The position numbers were made by a program, and so were the translations under genes. A stretch of 64,000 nt of DNA from Marsupella aquatica (Eukaryota; Plantae; Marchantiophyta), in assembly GCA_973895155.1 (NCBI GenBank), contig OZ316892.1, positions 18,900,357 through 18,964,356 of the forward strand. Direction: 5' to 3'. The notes under the pieces are model-generated. The model was not told the DNA's origin. It saw only the letters and a program-made list of their open reading frames with translations, and did no database searches. Positions 1-12,110 of the stretch are shown here, one piece after another; position 1 is the stretch's first letter; every line of letters begins with the position of its first letter.

Positions 1-1902
1 TGGCAATATTCACTTACCCTATCCCAACGGCACTGCTGTGAGCTGTAGGACAGCCAACAGAAGCAGATTGTATCGATTGCATGTAAGTTAGGGTATTTTA
101 TGTATTGCGGAACAACTGTCCAAGTATGCTGCAATGGCCGGTCTTGCGCAGCTGAATGAGCCAATTTCATTTTCCCTGTGCACTTCTATTTCTCAGAGAA
201 TTCCCTGGTCATGCTCATTTCCCCCAGAGTTAGAAAACAAAGAAGAAGAGCTGACTAATTGTAATTCCAATCCATATCCTGATCGGTCAAGGATTGTTCA
301 CTACATTGGCCTTGTCATTGGCCGAGGTCACCAAATTTTGCTTGGTTTCATTCCTGTGGAGCACTGCTGTGATGGATTTGTCGTAGCATTCTGCAAACTC
401 TCACGGTTTGCTTATGGCCATTATTTGCAATTTGCTGCTACTAATATGTCTTCTTCTGAGCAGCATACACCAGAAGTAAGCAATAGTGGAGGTTTAACTG
501 CACATCAACACATCTATTGAACTACCTCTCTGCTGCTCACTGGAGGGTGAGACTTTCACTCTTTCTGGATATTGTAGTTTGTAAGCAAGTTGATTAGGAG
601 TGTTTCATGCTATGTTTACACTGTGACCCCTAGCTGGAACCAATGGAATGACACAGTGAGTGGGAACTGATAATTTAAGGTTGGTTGCTGTTGGTGAGGC
701 AAGTACAGCTCCTGCTCACCTTGCTGATCGAAGGTGCTTATCAGAGGACGTGAACACACGACATCTCCACAAAAGCAACACTTATGGTGAGGACCCGCAA
801 CGCTGAACATGTGCAGCTTGCACGCAAGGCAGAGATGTTGCGCCTTGAGTATGTCAGACTTGGGATCCTTCCAGCCCAGTCTGCATGGTACTTTGAGTAC
901 CCAGTTGTTGCCAGGAACAACTACAGCCGGCCTGTACCTGCTTCTCCACCCTTCCCAACATCCTTGGTATTTCTGTCTCTAGTACATGACCCGCCACAAA
1001 TTAGGGCCCAAGGGTGTGTGCACAGTTGCCAATATGACTATCCTGCCTGTAGGGCTTCTGGCCTAGAGTTGGATGACCGTTCTCTTGGATGTCGGTTTTT
1101 TCACAGAGCACAATGTATCATCTGGAACCACTCGCCATCCTGTAGTGTGCCTGGCGATGTCACTTGTCCTGCCCTCCCAGACCCCACCACCGGTCACTTT
1201 GGTGTCTACACATGTTTGGATCACACGCTCTAGAGGACCACTTGTCACACCGCATGCACAAACCAGAGACCATTGACCTATAACTTAACACTTTGACTTG
1301 AACAGAGAGGATATTTACTTAAGATTTTGAATTATGACCAATTTTGGGTCCAGGGTTTAGGGTCAACAGTACATAACTTATCCTATTATGGCTGCACTAA
1401 GTACAATATCCTAATTTAAGAGGCTAGCAAGCTCACTTAAAAGTCTCCTTTCAAAGACTGGAATTAATGGGCCATGTGATAACCTGGAAAAAGTGCTTTC
1501 TGCCTAACTTATTTGTCTCATTCACTATCATAGCCTATTTAGGATGTATAAATTACAACCCTCATCACAGTGCTTGATACCAATCCTGTTCAAAAAATGC
1601 ATGTTTTACATGTCACGACTGTTATATGTGATTCAAATGCATTAAATCTTGTTGCAGATCTCCTTTGGTGAATCATAGCCACAAAATTGAGGTGTAGGTG
1701 GAGCTATTGTACGAGGGGATCAGTTTTTAGTGTGGGCTCAACAAACCAAAAAGTATGTCTACTCTGCACATGTGTGTGAACATTTCATTGCAGTAGCAAT
1801 TGCCACTCTAGTCTATATGCTACATTGTACTTTTTGTACACTGCACTAAATTGTATTGTCTGTGCACTCTGCTAAATTGTACTATCTGTCTCATGCGTAG
1901 GC

Positions 1903-2583
1903 ATGGCACGCCCTAAAATCCGAGCCAAGAAGCGGGGGACAGAGGTGAGCAACACAGGTGTAGTTGGGCCAGATGGTAGTAACTTCTCCGCAAGTCAGAT
2001 TTTCCAGAAGGCAGCTCATTGTTGTGCCATTTGTGACGATGGTGGTGGCTTAGCCATATGTGAGGGCCCTTGCATGAGGCATTTCCACCTCAACCCGGAG
2101 TCTGACCTTGCTGCAGAAAACAACTGTCCAGGGGTGGGCCTCCCGTCAGCACACCAGGGAGGCTGGATGTGCACTGATTGTTTGGAGAAGCAGGCTAAGT
2201 GTGCACAGTGTGGGAAGTTGGGGTCTTATGAGGGCTCTGTTGATGCTCCACCACTTGTTAGGAAATGCCCTGACAGATATTGTGTGAGGTTCTTTTGTTT
2301 TTCATGTTTGCCCGATCTTGCCACAGCTTGCCCACTTCATAAGTGCAAGGCATGTGGTCAGCACGATGAAGATTTCTGGGTGGACATAGTCCACTGTGTT
2401 AGGTGTCCCACCATGTGGCACTTTCATTGTTTGAAGGAGCGTCAAGCAGAAGGCTATGCTTGTGACAGACACATCTATGATCACTCTGCACATGGTGTTG
2501 ATCGATGGATCTTCTATTGTCATCGCCATGCCATAGATCCTACTTTGCACACTCCCATGAGAGATCACATTTCTTGGCTTTGA
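1903..2583 (+). CDS. Stand-alone EDM2-type composite PHD finger protein (226 aa)
   Basis: CAICDDGG..CEGPCMRHFH, C..C..KQAKCAQCGKLGS, CPLHKCKAC, CVRCPTMWHFHCL and C-terminal IFYCHRHAIDPTLHTPMRDHI follow the EDM2 PHD region as I recall it (..LIYC..H.ID..L.TP.RDH). Splice acceptor CGTAG just before the ATG. Confidence 0.85.
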   Translation: MARPKIRAKKRGTEVSNTGVVGPDGSNFSASQIFQKAAHCCAICDDGGGLAICEGPCMRHFHLNPESDLAAENNCPGVGLPSAHQGGWMCTDCLEKQAKCAQCGKLGSYEGSVDAPPLVRKCPDRYCVRFFCFSCLPDLATACPLHKCKACGQHDEDFWVDIVHCVRCPTMWHFHCLKERQAEGYACDRHIYDHSAHGVDRWIFYCHRHAIDPTLHTPMRDHISWL

Positions 2584-3176
2584 ACCTGAATAATGTACAT
2601 GCATAGTGCACCTGATGTGGATACCTTGGAGATTGCAGACATTCCAATTTTGAGAAGAAGGACCTCTGTAGGAGAGGATGCTTAGGCAACAAGTACCCTA
2701 AGTTCATTACTTGTTCCTGGGTACATGCCTTCAAAAACTCCCCTTAAGCCTTCTAGGAACTTTTTTAACTCTGCAATCATTTTGATCACGACTTACATGA
2801 CACTGCTTAAATTAAATCAGGACTTCTCATTATGAGCATATAAGTTACAAGGCTATTTAATTTGCGAGAATTCCCTTAAAGTGTACCAACATTTTGTATT
2901 CTCATTGAATGTCTGCCCATTTACAACATCTGTATGTGGCATCACAAAACAACTTGTCACCTTCAATATTGTGAAGGCACATATTCAAACTATGAGGTGC
3001 ATGCTTGCAGGTGTCTAGTACGTTTGTCCCAATATTTCTCCCGTTTGGAATTGGAGCAGAGACTCGCCAGACGATTGGACTGGACCAAGTTATAAACGCA
3101 GCAGTTTAAGGGCCCTCCGATTATCAGGTGAACGCATTATCTTCCGGTCTGCAGTGATTAGGTGGCCCGTGTGTAC

Positions 3177-4025
3177 ATGGCCTCTAGGAAACGTACAAAG
3201 GTTGACCACCCGCCTCTGTTGGCTGGAATCAAAGCCATTTTGATTCCTGGCCACTATGGGTTCACCCAAGTGAGTTGGCCAATCGTACAAAAACGATTCT
3301 CAAAGTTCCATGGGACTGAAGTCAAGGACATCACTCCACAGACTACACATGTTGTTGCGGGGACATGGCTGGATGTGATGAACAAGTGGTCATGGTCCTT
3401 CATTGATTCTGCCATTACCAACCAAGGTCTAAAAGTAGTTGAAGTCTCTTGGCTGACCGATTCTGTTAAACATAGGTGTGTACAGAGTACTGAGCAATAT
3501 GAGTTGTGGGAGAGTGAGGAGGCCACTGCAGAGGCTTTGGCTGAAAAGGAAGCCTATGAAGCAGCGGCAGAGAAACCCAACTTTGCTTCTGTCCAATATG
3601 GACCTGTTGTCAACATAGGACACCATCCTATGCGTGCAGATGCTATATTGAATGAGCATGGCAAGGAGAGAAATACCATTATGAAGGGGTTCAGTGTGGT
3701 ATTTGCAGAAGAAGGAATTGGGGAGACTAAGTGCAGATTGTACAAGTCTATAGTTGTTGAGCTAGGTGGGACAGTGGAGGAGAGTCTAACAGAAACCTCC
3801 ACTCATGTTGTAGGTTTGTCATACATGAAAATATGCAGAAAATTCTTTAAGACAACAGTGCGTGATTTTGTCATGAACAACAATCTTTGGGTGCTTTCCC
3901 CTGATTGGCTTCTGGAATCAGCAGCTAGAGGGAAGCGACAGAATGCTTGGGACTTTGATATTTTTGAGGCCTGGCCCTCCAAGATTCAGCGGAGATGTAT
4001 GCTTAGCAAAGGTGGGAGAGAGTGA
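3177..4025 (+). CDS. Tandem BRCT-domain protein, BRCTs resembling the N-terminal BRCT of plant DNA polymerase lambda
   Basis: Two repeats of G.....T..THVV.....WL.(D/E)S, joined by an acidic/Ala-rich linker; N-terminal basic patch SRKRTK; ATG at 3177. Confidence 0.8.
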   Translation: MASRKRTKVDHPPLLAGIKAILIPGHYGFTQVSWPIVQKRFSKFHGTEVKDITPQTTHVVAGTWLDVMNKWSWSFIDSAITNQGLKVVEVSWLTDSVKHRCVQSTEQYELWESEEATAEALAEKEAYEAAAEKPNFASVQYGPVVNIGHHPMRADAILNEHGKERNTIMKGFSVVFAEEGIGETKCRLYKSIVVELGGTVEESLTETSTHVVGLSYMKICRKFFKTTVRDFVMNNNLWVLSPDWLLESAARGKRQNAWDFDIFEAWPSKIQRRCMLSKGGRE

Positions 4026-4102
4026 GGAGTAGGAGTCCCTCATATTTTTGTATAAATCACAATTTTGTAATAAATGTGATCCTTGAACTAACTCATCTTG
4101 TC

Positions 4103-4735
4103 ATGGTTGGTCGTAGTTGAAGTGATTGTTGTTTCCTGCTGCATGGGGTGTGACTGTGAATCTACTTGCTGGGCTCTGTTTGGCTGAAGACTTTGGTGGG
4201 TATGCTGCCTCTTCCAGACCGTCAGGCCCTATGTAGGGTCCTCCTACGGGTTGCATCGTGCATGGCTACTGCTTGGGCTTACTTGTGTGGATTGGTAACC
4301 AGACAGAGTGTAGCTCCATCCGAGATAATGCCTGCAGACCTTGGATGTGTTGTGAATGCTGTGGTGAATGAGGATGCACAGTCGGAAGAGGACATTTACT
4401 TTTCAGCAGATGAGTTAGACAAGCACGATGCTGTAGGTGGTTCCTTGTTGCCTGATTTGGCAGATGATATAGTTCTTACACATGTCTGGCCGAGGGTTCT
4501 TGTGGTGTCTGGCGCACAAGATATCTGCAAATATAGACTAATTAGTACCCAGTGGAGGGACTTGGTAGCAACATGTGCACCATGGAGGGCACTGCTGCCA
4601 CTGCTTGTAGGCACGGATCGAAGACCACCATGGCATGAGCAGGGTTTAGACCTTGATGACTTAATGTACATGCCTGAGTACCTCAGGGCTGAGTGGCATC
4701 GACAACAGGATTGGTATCCGTATTTGATGTGGTAG
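4103..4735 (+). pseudogene. F-box-like protein, probably degraded at the N-terminus
   Basis: SLLPDLADDIVLTHVWPRV...YRLISTQWRDLV F-box motif. An in-frame ATG at 4103 is followed by three TGA codons (possibly CGA>TGA) before the open 4166-4735 frame. Confidence 0.6.
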
Positions 4736-5061
4736 TAAGATGAGGACATCTCACACCGGTCTCGCACCTGGCACCTGTGTCTATGACTATACATGATTGG
4801 ACTCTGATATGGTCATGGATGTACGTGCAGAGGCAGTACATGTGAGGACAGCGGAGGAGTTGACACCCTCAAACATTTAGGAATTTTGTCTCATTCACTT
4901 GAGAATAGGTACATGACTCAGGCACCTATATTTTTTGTTTTTTTGTTTTTTTGGAACGTTACGTATTTTGGCAAGTACAGTCGGGGGTGAAATCCTTAAC
5001 AGGAAGTGTATTTTTCACTTGCATAATAAAATGACAGGGTGCTGAGTGCGTGTGTATAGTG

Positions 5062-8000
5062 ATGGCTCCAAGGTTGCCTCTTCACAACCCATTTAGGATT
5101 AGGCATCATGATTCTAAATTGTGGATGCGTGAACAAGCCCGGGCCGCCCAAGGTAGGAGTAGGAGGATGAGATGCCCATGCACACAGTGCCAAGGATTCA
5201 AGTCGTTGAGTTTGAATACTGTGCACCTTCACCTGTTGCGGCATGAAAGGCACCCTCGATGGAGGGTTTGGAATGTACCAGCAGAAGAAGACTCCTCTGA
5301 TGAAGAGTGGAGAGCTGACTTTGTGGATTCTAATACAGCTAGGCGTAGAGACTACGTAGAGCAGGACATAGACTGTGCAGAGGATGGTCCTGGGGTCCAA
5401 CATGAGAACGTGGATGACCAAGATGGAGATGGAGAGGCAGTCACTGAGGACGGTGGGATGGATGTCCCAAGAATGGTTCAAGAGATTTTTGAAGACCTTG
5501 ATGCTTTTTACGACACAGTGGAATCAGAAGAGGACAATGAACCACAGCCACACATTGGCGACGGCCAAGCTGAACCTGACTTTGACATTGGGGAAGGTGC
5601 AGCAGAGAGGGAGTGGGTGTTTGGGGGCCCAAAACACATCAAAGAAGCTTGCATTCCTATCTACGAGGGGTCGAACTGCTCCAAGCTGGGTTTTGTCGTG
5701 TTGTTGTTGAACATCTGTGGCAATCACAATGTTCCCAATATATTTGTGACAGAGTTGTTGACCTTCCTGCGCCGAAATGTGTTACCAGATGGTAATTCAA
5801 TTCCAAAAAATATGTACGAGGCTAGGAAATTGATGTCTAACCTTGGGCTGAACTATGTGTCTATTGACGCATGCCCTGATGGGTGTGTTCTCTTTCGCAA
5901 AGAGCATGCAGATAAATTGACATGCCCTCATTGTGGTAAGCACAGGTACAAGAATGTAGGGAAATGTACACACCCTGCCAAGGTTCTTCGTCATTTTCCT
6001 CTCATTCCTAGACTACAACGTCTGTTTAGATGCCCTGCCATTTCCAAGCTGATGACATGGACTCCTGATAACAAGAGCAGTGATGGCCTGCAGCGTCACA
6101 TTGGAGATTCCAACCATTGGAAATTTGTTGATGAGAGGTGGCCACAGTTTGCTGCAGAGAAGCGGAACTTTAGATTTGGTCTATCACTGGATGGAGTAAA
6201 CCCATTTGGAGACAAAAACAACCGTTATTCATGTTGGCCGGTTACGCTGCTAAATTACAACCTTCCCCCATGGATGACTACAAAGAGGTTTTTTGTCATG
6301 ATGGTGCTGTTAATCCCTGGACCAGCTTCTGTGACCGAGCAATTCATAGATATCATGTTGGCTCCAGCAGTGGAAGAGTGGAAGACTTTGTGGATAGAAG
6401 GGGTGTTAACCCATGATGTTCTGAAGGGGCTTCTTCGACCCAGCCCCTTTAGACTGCATGCAATTTGTTTGCTGGATATAGCAGATTACCCAGGCCATGG
6501 CATCATATCTGGACGAGTGACAAAGGGCTATGTGGGGTGCACACCATGTGGGAAAAATGTGACAAGTGAGTGGTCGCATGCCCTGCACAATATGAAATTT
6601 CAGGGGCATAGAAGGTATCTGCCTGTTGATCATCCTTACAGGCACACACGGTCTCAAATTGCACACTTCAACAACAAAACAGAGCTTCGTGGCCCACCAC
6701 AGAGGGTCACCAGAGAGCAAGTCCTGAGGTGGGCAGCCAGGAAGGCTGATTGGGACAAGAGAAGTGCCACTGATCGAGAACCTGAGGATCGAGTGGTGAA
6801 ACACGGTGTGAAAAGACAGACCTTGATGGACTTGGAGTTGGAGTACTGGAGGGTAATGTACTTAGCCTCCAGCCCCTGTATGATTGCAATTTTAGATTGG
6901 AGCAATGGTGGATTGATGTTGGTTACAATCCTCCTATGTGGTTAATTAGTGTTTCTGTTGTTGAATTCTTTGCTTTGTGGAGTGCAGGAATTCGAGCCCA
7001 GCAAACACAATGTGGACGTCATGCACATTGAGAAAAATATTTGTGAGAGCTTGCTGAAGTTCTTGTCGGGTGAGAAAGATACAGGAGCAGTACGAGCTGA
7101 TATGCAACAGAAGGGGATTCGCCCTCACCTTTGGTTGAAGCCCCATGCAAGCAATCCCAATGTACTTCTCAAGTTCCAAGCTCCCTATGTGTGTACACAG
7201 GATGAATGGAAGACATTCTTGTATAGATTGAGCTGTCTGAAAGTGCCCTCTGGCTATGCTGGTGCCTTCAAGAAGCATATTACAAAGAATAAACTTGGCA
7301 GTATGAAAACACATGACTACCATGTGTTGATGCAGCACATTCTGCCCCTATGCCTCAGAGGTCTCATGCAGAAACCAGTCCGTAATGTCATTCTTTGACT
7401 GTGCAATGTATTTCGCCGTATATGTGTGAAAGTGTGGGATCCCCAAGGATTGGAGCAGTTGAAGCAGGATGCTGCTTATGTCCTCTGTGACTTGGAGATA
7501 TACTTCCCCCCTGCTTTCTTTGATGTTATGACTCATCTCCTAATCCATGTGGTAGAAGAGCTAGGGCAGTATGGGCCAGTCAGTACCAGATGGATGTACC
7601 CTATGGAGCGATACATGAAGTTGTTGAAAGGTCATGTGAGAACATACTACAGGCCAGAGGCTTCCATGGCATTGGGGTACATTAAGGATGAGACGTTGGG
7701 ATTCCTAACAGAGTACATGGCTGGGTCTGGTGAAGCTATGACAAGAGTTTGGAAATCTGGTGAAGATGATGGAGTGAGTGGCGAGGTTGTTGAAGGTGTG
7801 GGACGTGCTGTTCAGCTGCCTGTTGCGATTTGAGACAAGGCTCATTCATATGTGCTGGCAAACACAGAGCCTATGCAACCATGGTGGAGGTGAGTGATTG
7901 AATTGACTTGCCTTTGTTGTGATGCTTCTTGTCTGTTCCAAGGGTGATCTTAGGTTGTCATGTGTTGTTTAGACCTAACTATGCCTGTACCTCATATTGC

Positions 8001-8762
8001 AGGGAATATGATATGCAAAAAGCTGCACACTCTGGGCAGCAGGATCCCTTCCCACAGTTCGAGCAGTGGATTCGGGTGACAATTTGAGAGCATAGTAGAC
8101 ATCACCCAGATATGGAGAAGGATTTGTATCTTCTATCTGTGCCACCACGATTGTCTATTCTGACCTACAAACGGATGAGAGCTTATGGAAATCATTATCG
8201 AGTGAGGGATGAGCAGGGTGACCATTGTGTATCATATGATTGTGGTTTGATTTCTGTGTTTGAGCAGAGAACCTCTGAAGAACAGAGGGGGTGGATGAAG
8301 ATGGGTTACGTGGGGGAGTTGACCGACATTTGGGTGTTGAATTATGGTAACACAAGTGTCCCAGTGATATTGATGAAGGGATCATGGGTGAAATCAGAGT
8401 GGCAGAGACCAAGGGCCACCATGAAGCGTGATCATGATGGGTTCTTGTTGGCCAATTTTAGGTCCAGAGTACCAGAATGGTCTGAGCCTTTTGTTTTCCC
8501 TAGCCAAGTTGAACAGGCTTTCTTTGCAGATGTGGAGGAGTCACATGGCTGGAGGGTGGTATGCCATAGCCAAGCACGGAACAGGCGGATGGATGGAAGT
8601 AAAGTAGAGTTCAGTTTGGATGACCATGCTGCATTCGAGCATCCTAGTCATGAGACTGTACTTCCAACTCGGGCAGGGACTGACTACATCCCCTTAACAT
8701 TGAGAGAGACATATGATGAACCTGGGCAAATGGAATATGATGAGGTTGATGATTTGCAATAG
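5062..8762 (+). pseudogene. CACTA TnpD/Tnp2 transposase (Transposase_21 + DUF4218 + DUF4216-like), spliced, inactivated
   Basis: CPCTQC, IDACPDGCVLF, LSLDGVNPF, YSCWPV..YNLPPW, DYPG, DVMHIEKN, MKTHDYH, FFDVMTHLLIH, WMYPMERYM, EPFVFPSQVEQAFF. Introns ~6853-6988 and ~7890-8002; in-frame TGA at 7396, 7831 and ~8085. Confidence 0.95.
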
Positions 8763-8939
8763 GCAACAGCTGGCGATTGGCAAGTATGAGGTTGAGGATG
8801 ACTACCTGCACAGAGTCACAGAACGGGAATTGCTGCCTGGAATGATGTTTAGGATAGTTGGATATGCATGAAATTGATTGATACTTTGAATTTAGTGTGC
8901 TGATTCTCCCTGTTTGGTTGTGGGTGCTGTGCAGAAGCT

Positions 8940-11900
8940 ATGGGGGAAGAGGGTGATGACATGGAGACAGACATGGGGCTTGGAGAGTGGGGTGAAGAGG
9001 AAAGATTGGATATGGATGGAGACCCAGATGCAGGGGGCTCACAGAAAAATGCACCTGTGCAAGATGCACAGGGCCCTCATCAAGTCCCAGGTAGGTGGGC
9101 AGCTAGAGAGAAATCACATAATCCATACCCTAGAAGGGGCCAGAGTTATTGGCAAGGGACGCCTGATAATTATGATGATGACTATGATGGAGCAGAAGAT
9201 GGATGGGATGAATATGAACACCCAGAGCGTGGTAGAGACGGGTACAGAGGGCAATGGAAAGGTGAGGAGGATGATTGGACAAGTAAGTGCCTTGTGCTAG
9301 TGATTTTGTGATGGTAGTAGAGATTTAGCTCAATATGCACTTATCTGATGTGTAGCTAGGGCAAAGAGTTTATCTTACAGGTCCATGAGTGTGGCATGTA
9401 CCTGTTGGTATGCAGACTCTGATTGGGACAATCACGAAAACAACAAAGGCCATCCACGTTCAGATAGGAGGCAATCATTCACAGGCGGGAGAAATGCCCC
9501 TAATTCATCAAGACAAAGCAATAGGACAGGTGGTCCAGAACCATCTATGCGCCAAGGGAGAGGTAACTTGGTCATTGCAGAATTGCTCTGAAGTCCACTG
9601 TATATTTGGCAGCGGGATTTATGATTCATACTTACCTAATGTAAGTGACTGTAAATGGATCCTGTAAATGTGCAGGGACTCCAGGGAGGTTTGGACAATG
9701 CAATCCAGGCCGTGGGGGGAGATCAGGCCGTGGAGGGATCCCAGGCCGTGGGGGGACACCAGGCCGTGGAGGGACACCTAGTAGCGCTTCAGGGATCACC
9801 AAGGCAGGAGATAGTAACAAATTTGGTAAAGTAGAAGTGAATTCCGAAGGTTGGATAACTCCCACATGTGATGGTAAGAACCGTTGGCATTCTGACCTAA
9901 GAGGAGAAGTATTGCGTTGGTTAGATTTGAGCATTACAGAGTTTAGGAGTCAGAACAAAGCTGATTGGGCTGCTATCTGCAAGGACATTCTTGAACGGTG
10001 GGAGTATGTTGGTAATGATGGTAAGGGCCCAGTTGAAGATTGCATATCAGATTATGCAATGAGGATTTTGAAACAAGAGAGGCATAGGTTGAAAAGGATG
10101 TGGATAGACAATGGTTCTAACAGGAGAATGCCACCACCCCCATCATTGGAACTGGATCAATGGACACAGTTAATCAAAGGGTTCATGTCGGAGGCTGGAC
10201 AGAGCAAGAGTGAACTGATGTCAAATGCTCGAGGCAAAGTGAAACACCTTTCACAGGCTGGGAGAGGAAGTTATGCTCCAGTGAAAGAACAATTGGTAAG
10301 GCAGTGACATGCCTGATAGTAAGCCTCAAACTTATCATCTTGCTACCATTATTACATTTTCATTGACAATCAACACTTGGTTTCATTCATATGTATGTTG
10401 ATGTGGACTGCAGAAGAAATTGACAGGTGAAGAACCATCAGCACAAGAAGTGAGAGAGGAGTTCATGAAACAAAGGAGTGAGGTGACAAGTGTAACTTCC
10501 AAACAGGTGATTATGTTGTAATTCTGTATGTTCTGTGACTATTTGGCCTTGAGCATCAGAAAGAAATGTAGTAGGAAGTAAGCAACCAGTTCTTGGGGAC
10601 AGTTATCTGAGATATGTAAGCTGTGTTATGACAGGGAACTGTTACAACTCTCACAGAGATGTGTGAACGGTTGAAGTCATTAGAGTGTGGACTCCCTCGA
10701 GTGGAAAGTAAATTGGCTGATCGTTTGGATATTGTGGAGGCATCTGTAGCGAACCTTCTTGCATCAGTGGAATCTAATTTCAAGCTTGTGATTGAAAAAT
10801 TGGGTGGTTCCCAACCAAACAATGAGGGCAACATTGTACAAAGTGTGCCCTTGTTAACAAAAAAGGGAATTGGCAATCTGACACAGGTATGGAAATGACA
10901 CCGGCCCATTGTTCATTGTGTCCTATGTTCAAATGTTAGAAGTAAGTTTTCATGAATTGAGTGAATGGTTTGAATGCAGGAAGAGTGGAGGCAGAGAAGG
11001 ACCCTGTAATCAGTAAGCAAAAGGGCAAGAAGGTTGCTGAGACAGGTAACCTGCTATGATCCAGTACATTACATTTGAAAAGTGCATGGAGTTTTGTGAA
11101 GCTTAAGCCGGTTGGAGGTAATCTTTTCTGTAAGAACTGGTTGGATGAACTGGGATCTGAAGTGACATCATGATTGATGTATCAGGTGATTCAAAGAGCA
11201 ATAATGAAGAAGATGTGCCCAGTGCCTCAGTGACCATAGCCAAGGAGGTATCAGGTAAGCTGATGCTTTAAATTCCTCTATATGAATGTTGAGCAACAAT
11301 TCAGTGGTTAATAGATTCAACGTGAATATTGTGGTGTGTTTATTGATCAACAGAAGCAGACATGGAGCATATGGCAATGGCAAAGAAGGGGAAGAAGGCT
11401 GTTCATAATGGTAAGGAGATAGTGACAACTTTGTGGTTGGTGACATGTACATTTAGCACATGTGATGAGTGATTGACTTATGTTGGACATGACACTGAAT
11501 TGTAGTTGATGCAGAGTTGACAGACTCTCAACCAAGTGGGAGTAGGGTGAAGCGACGTCGAAACTTGGGAGCAACATTGGATGCAAGTAAGATTGTAGAT
11601 GCTTCAATTGAAGCAAGTACAATGTTGGCAGATACTGAGATGATGTCACAGGGAAATCCTGCTACACAATCAGAAGTGTCAAATATGGATGCAGATTCTT
11701 TGAAGAAGAGTGTAGCCAATTCTCGATCACCAGCACAAAACACTCGTGCCAAAGTCATGACTCGCAACCAAGGTATGAATAATGTCATGTATAAGCCACC
11801 CAGGAAAGCCAAGAAAAACAGCCAGGGTAAGGTGGAGGTGATAGCCACAGCAGAGCCAGTCCATAATCTTCTATCATGGGAGGATGACTCGCAGGTATGT

Positions 11901-12110
11901 GTGGGTACAGGCATTTTGCGACCGGATCATGCAAAATTCCATGGCAAAGTGGTCCCGAATGACCATGTAGTAGTGTTGTTGACTACAGTGATTGTATCTG
12001 ATTGTAATTTGCCATTTCCGAATAGAGACGATGATCCACCTCAGGAAATAATTGCAGATGCAGTAGGATCTCTTGTGCTCTGGCCATCAGAGTGTGTTAG
12101 TCTGCAGTGA
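8940..12110 (+). CDS. CACTA TnpA-like multi-exon gene with C-terminal Tnp1/En/Spm-like domain
   Basis: Series of GT-AG bounded exons; PPPSLELDQWTQLI..F....Q.KSE.MSNAR (TnpA-like); last exon GTG....KFHGKVVP...VVVL...LPFP..DDPPQ...DAVGSLVLWPS. Confidence 0.75.
9705..9780 (+). repeat. 18-bp tandem repeat (x4) encoding PGRGG(T/I/R)
   Basis: CCAGGCCGTGG(G/A)GG.... repeated in a TnpA exon. Confidence 0.85.

Noticed and set aside
134-1276. Short ORFs at the window start as further CACTA cargo
   Set aside because: No recognisable domain in any frame; cannot be supported without other copies
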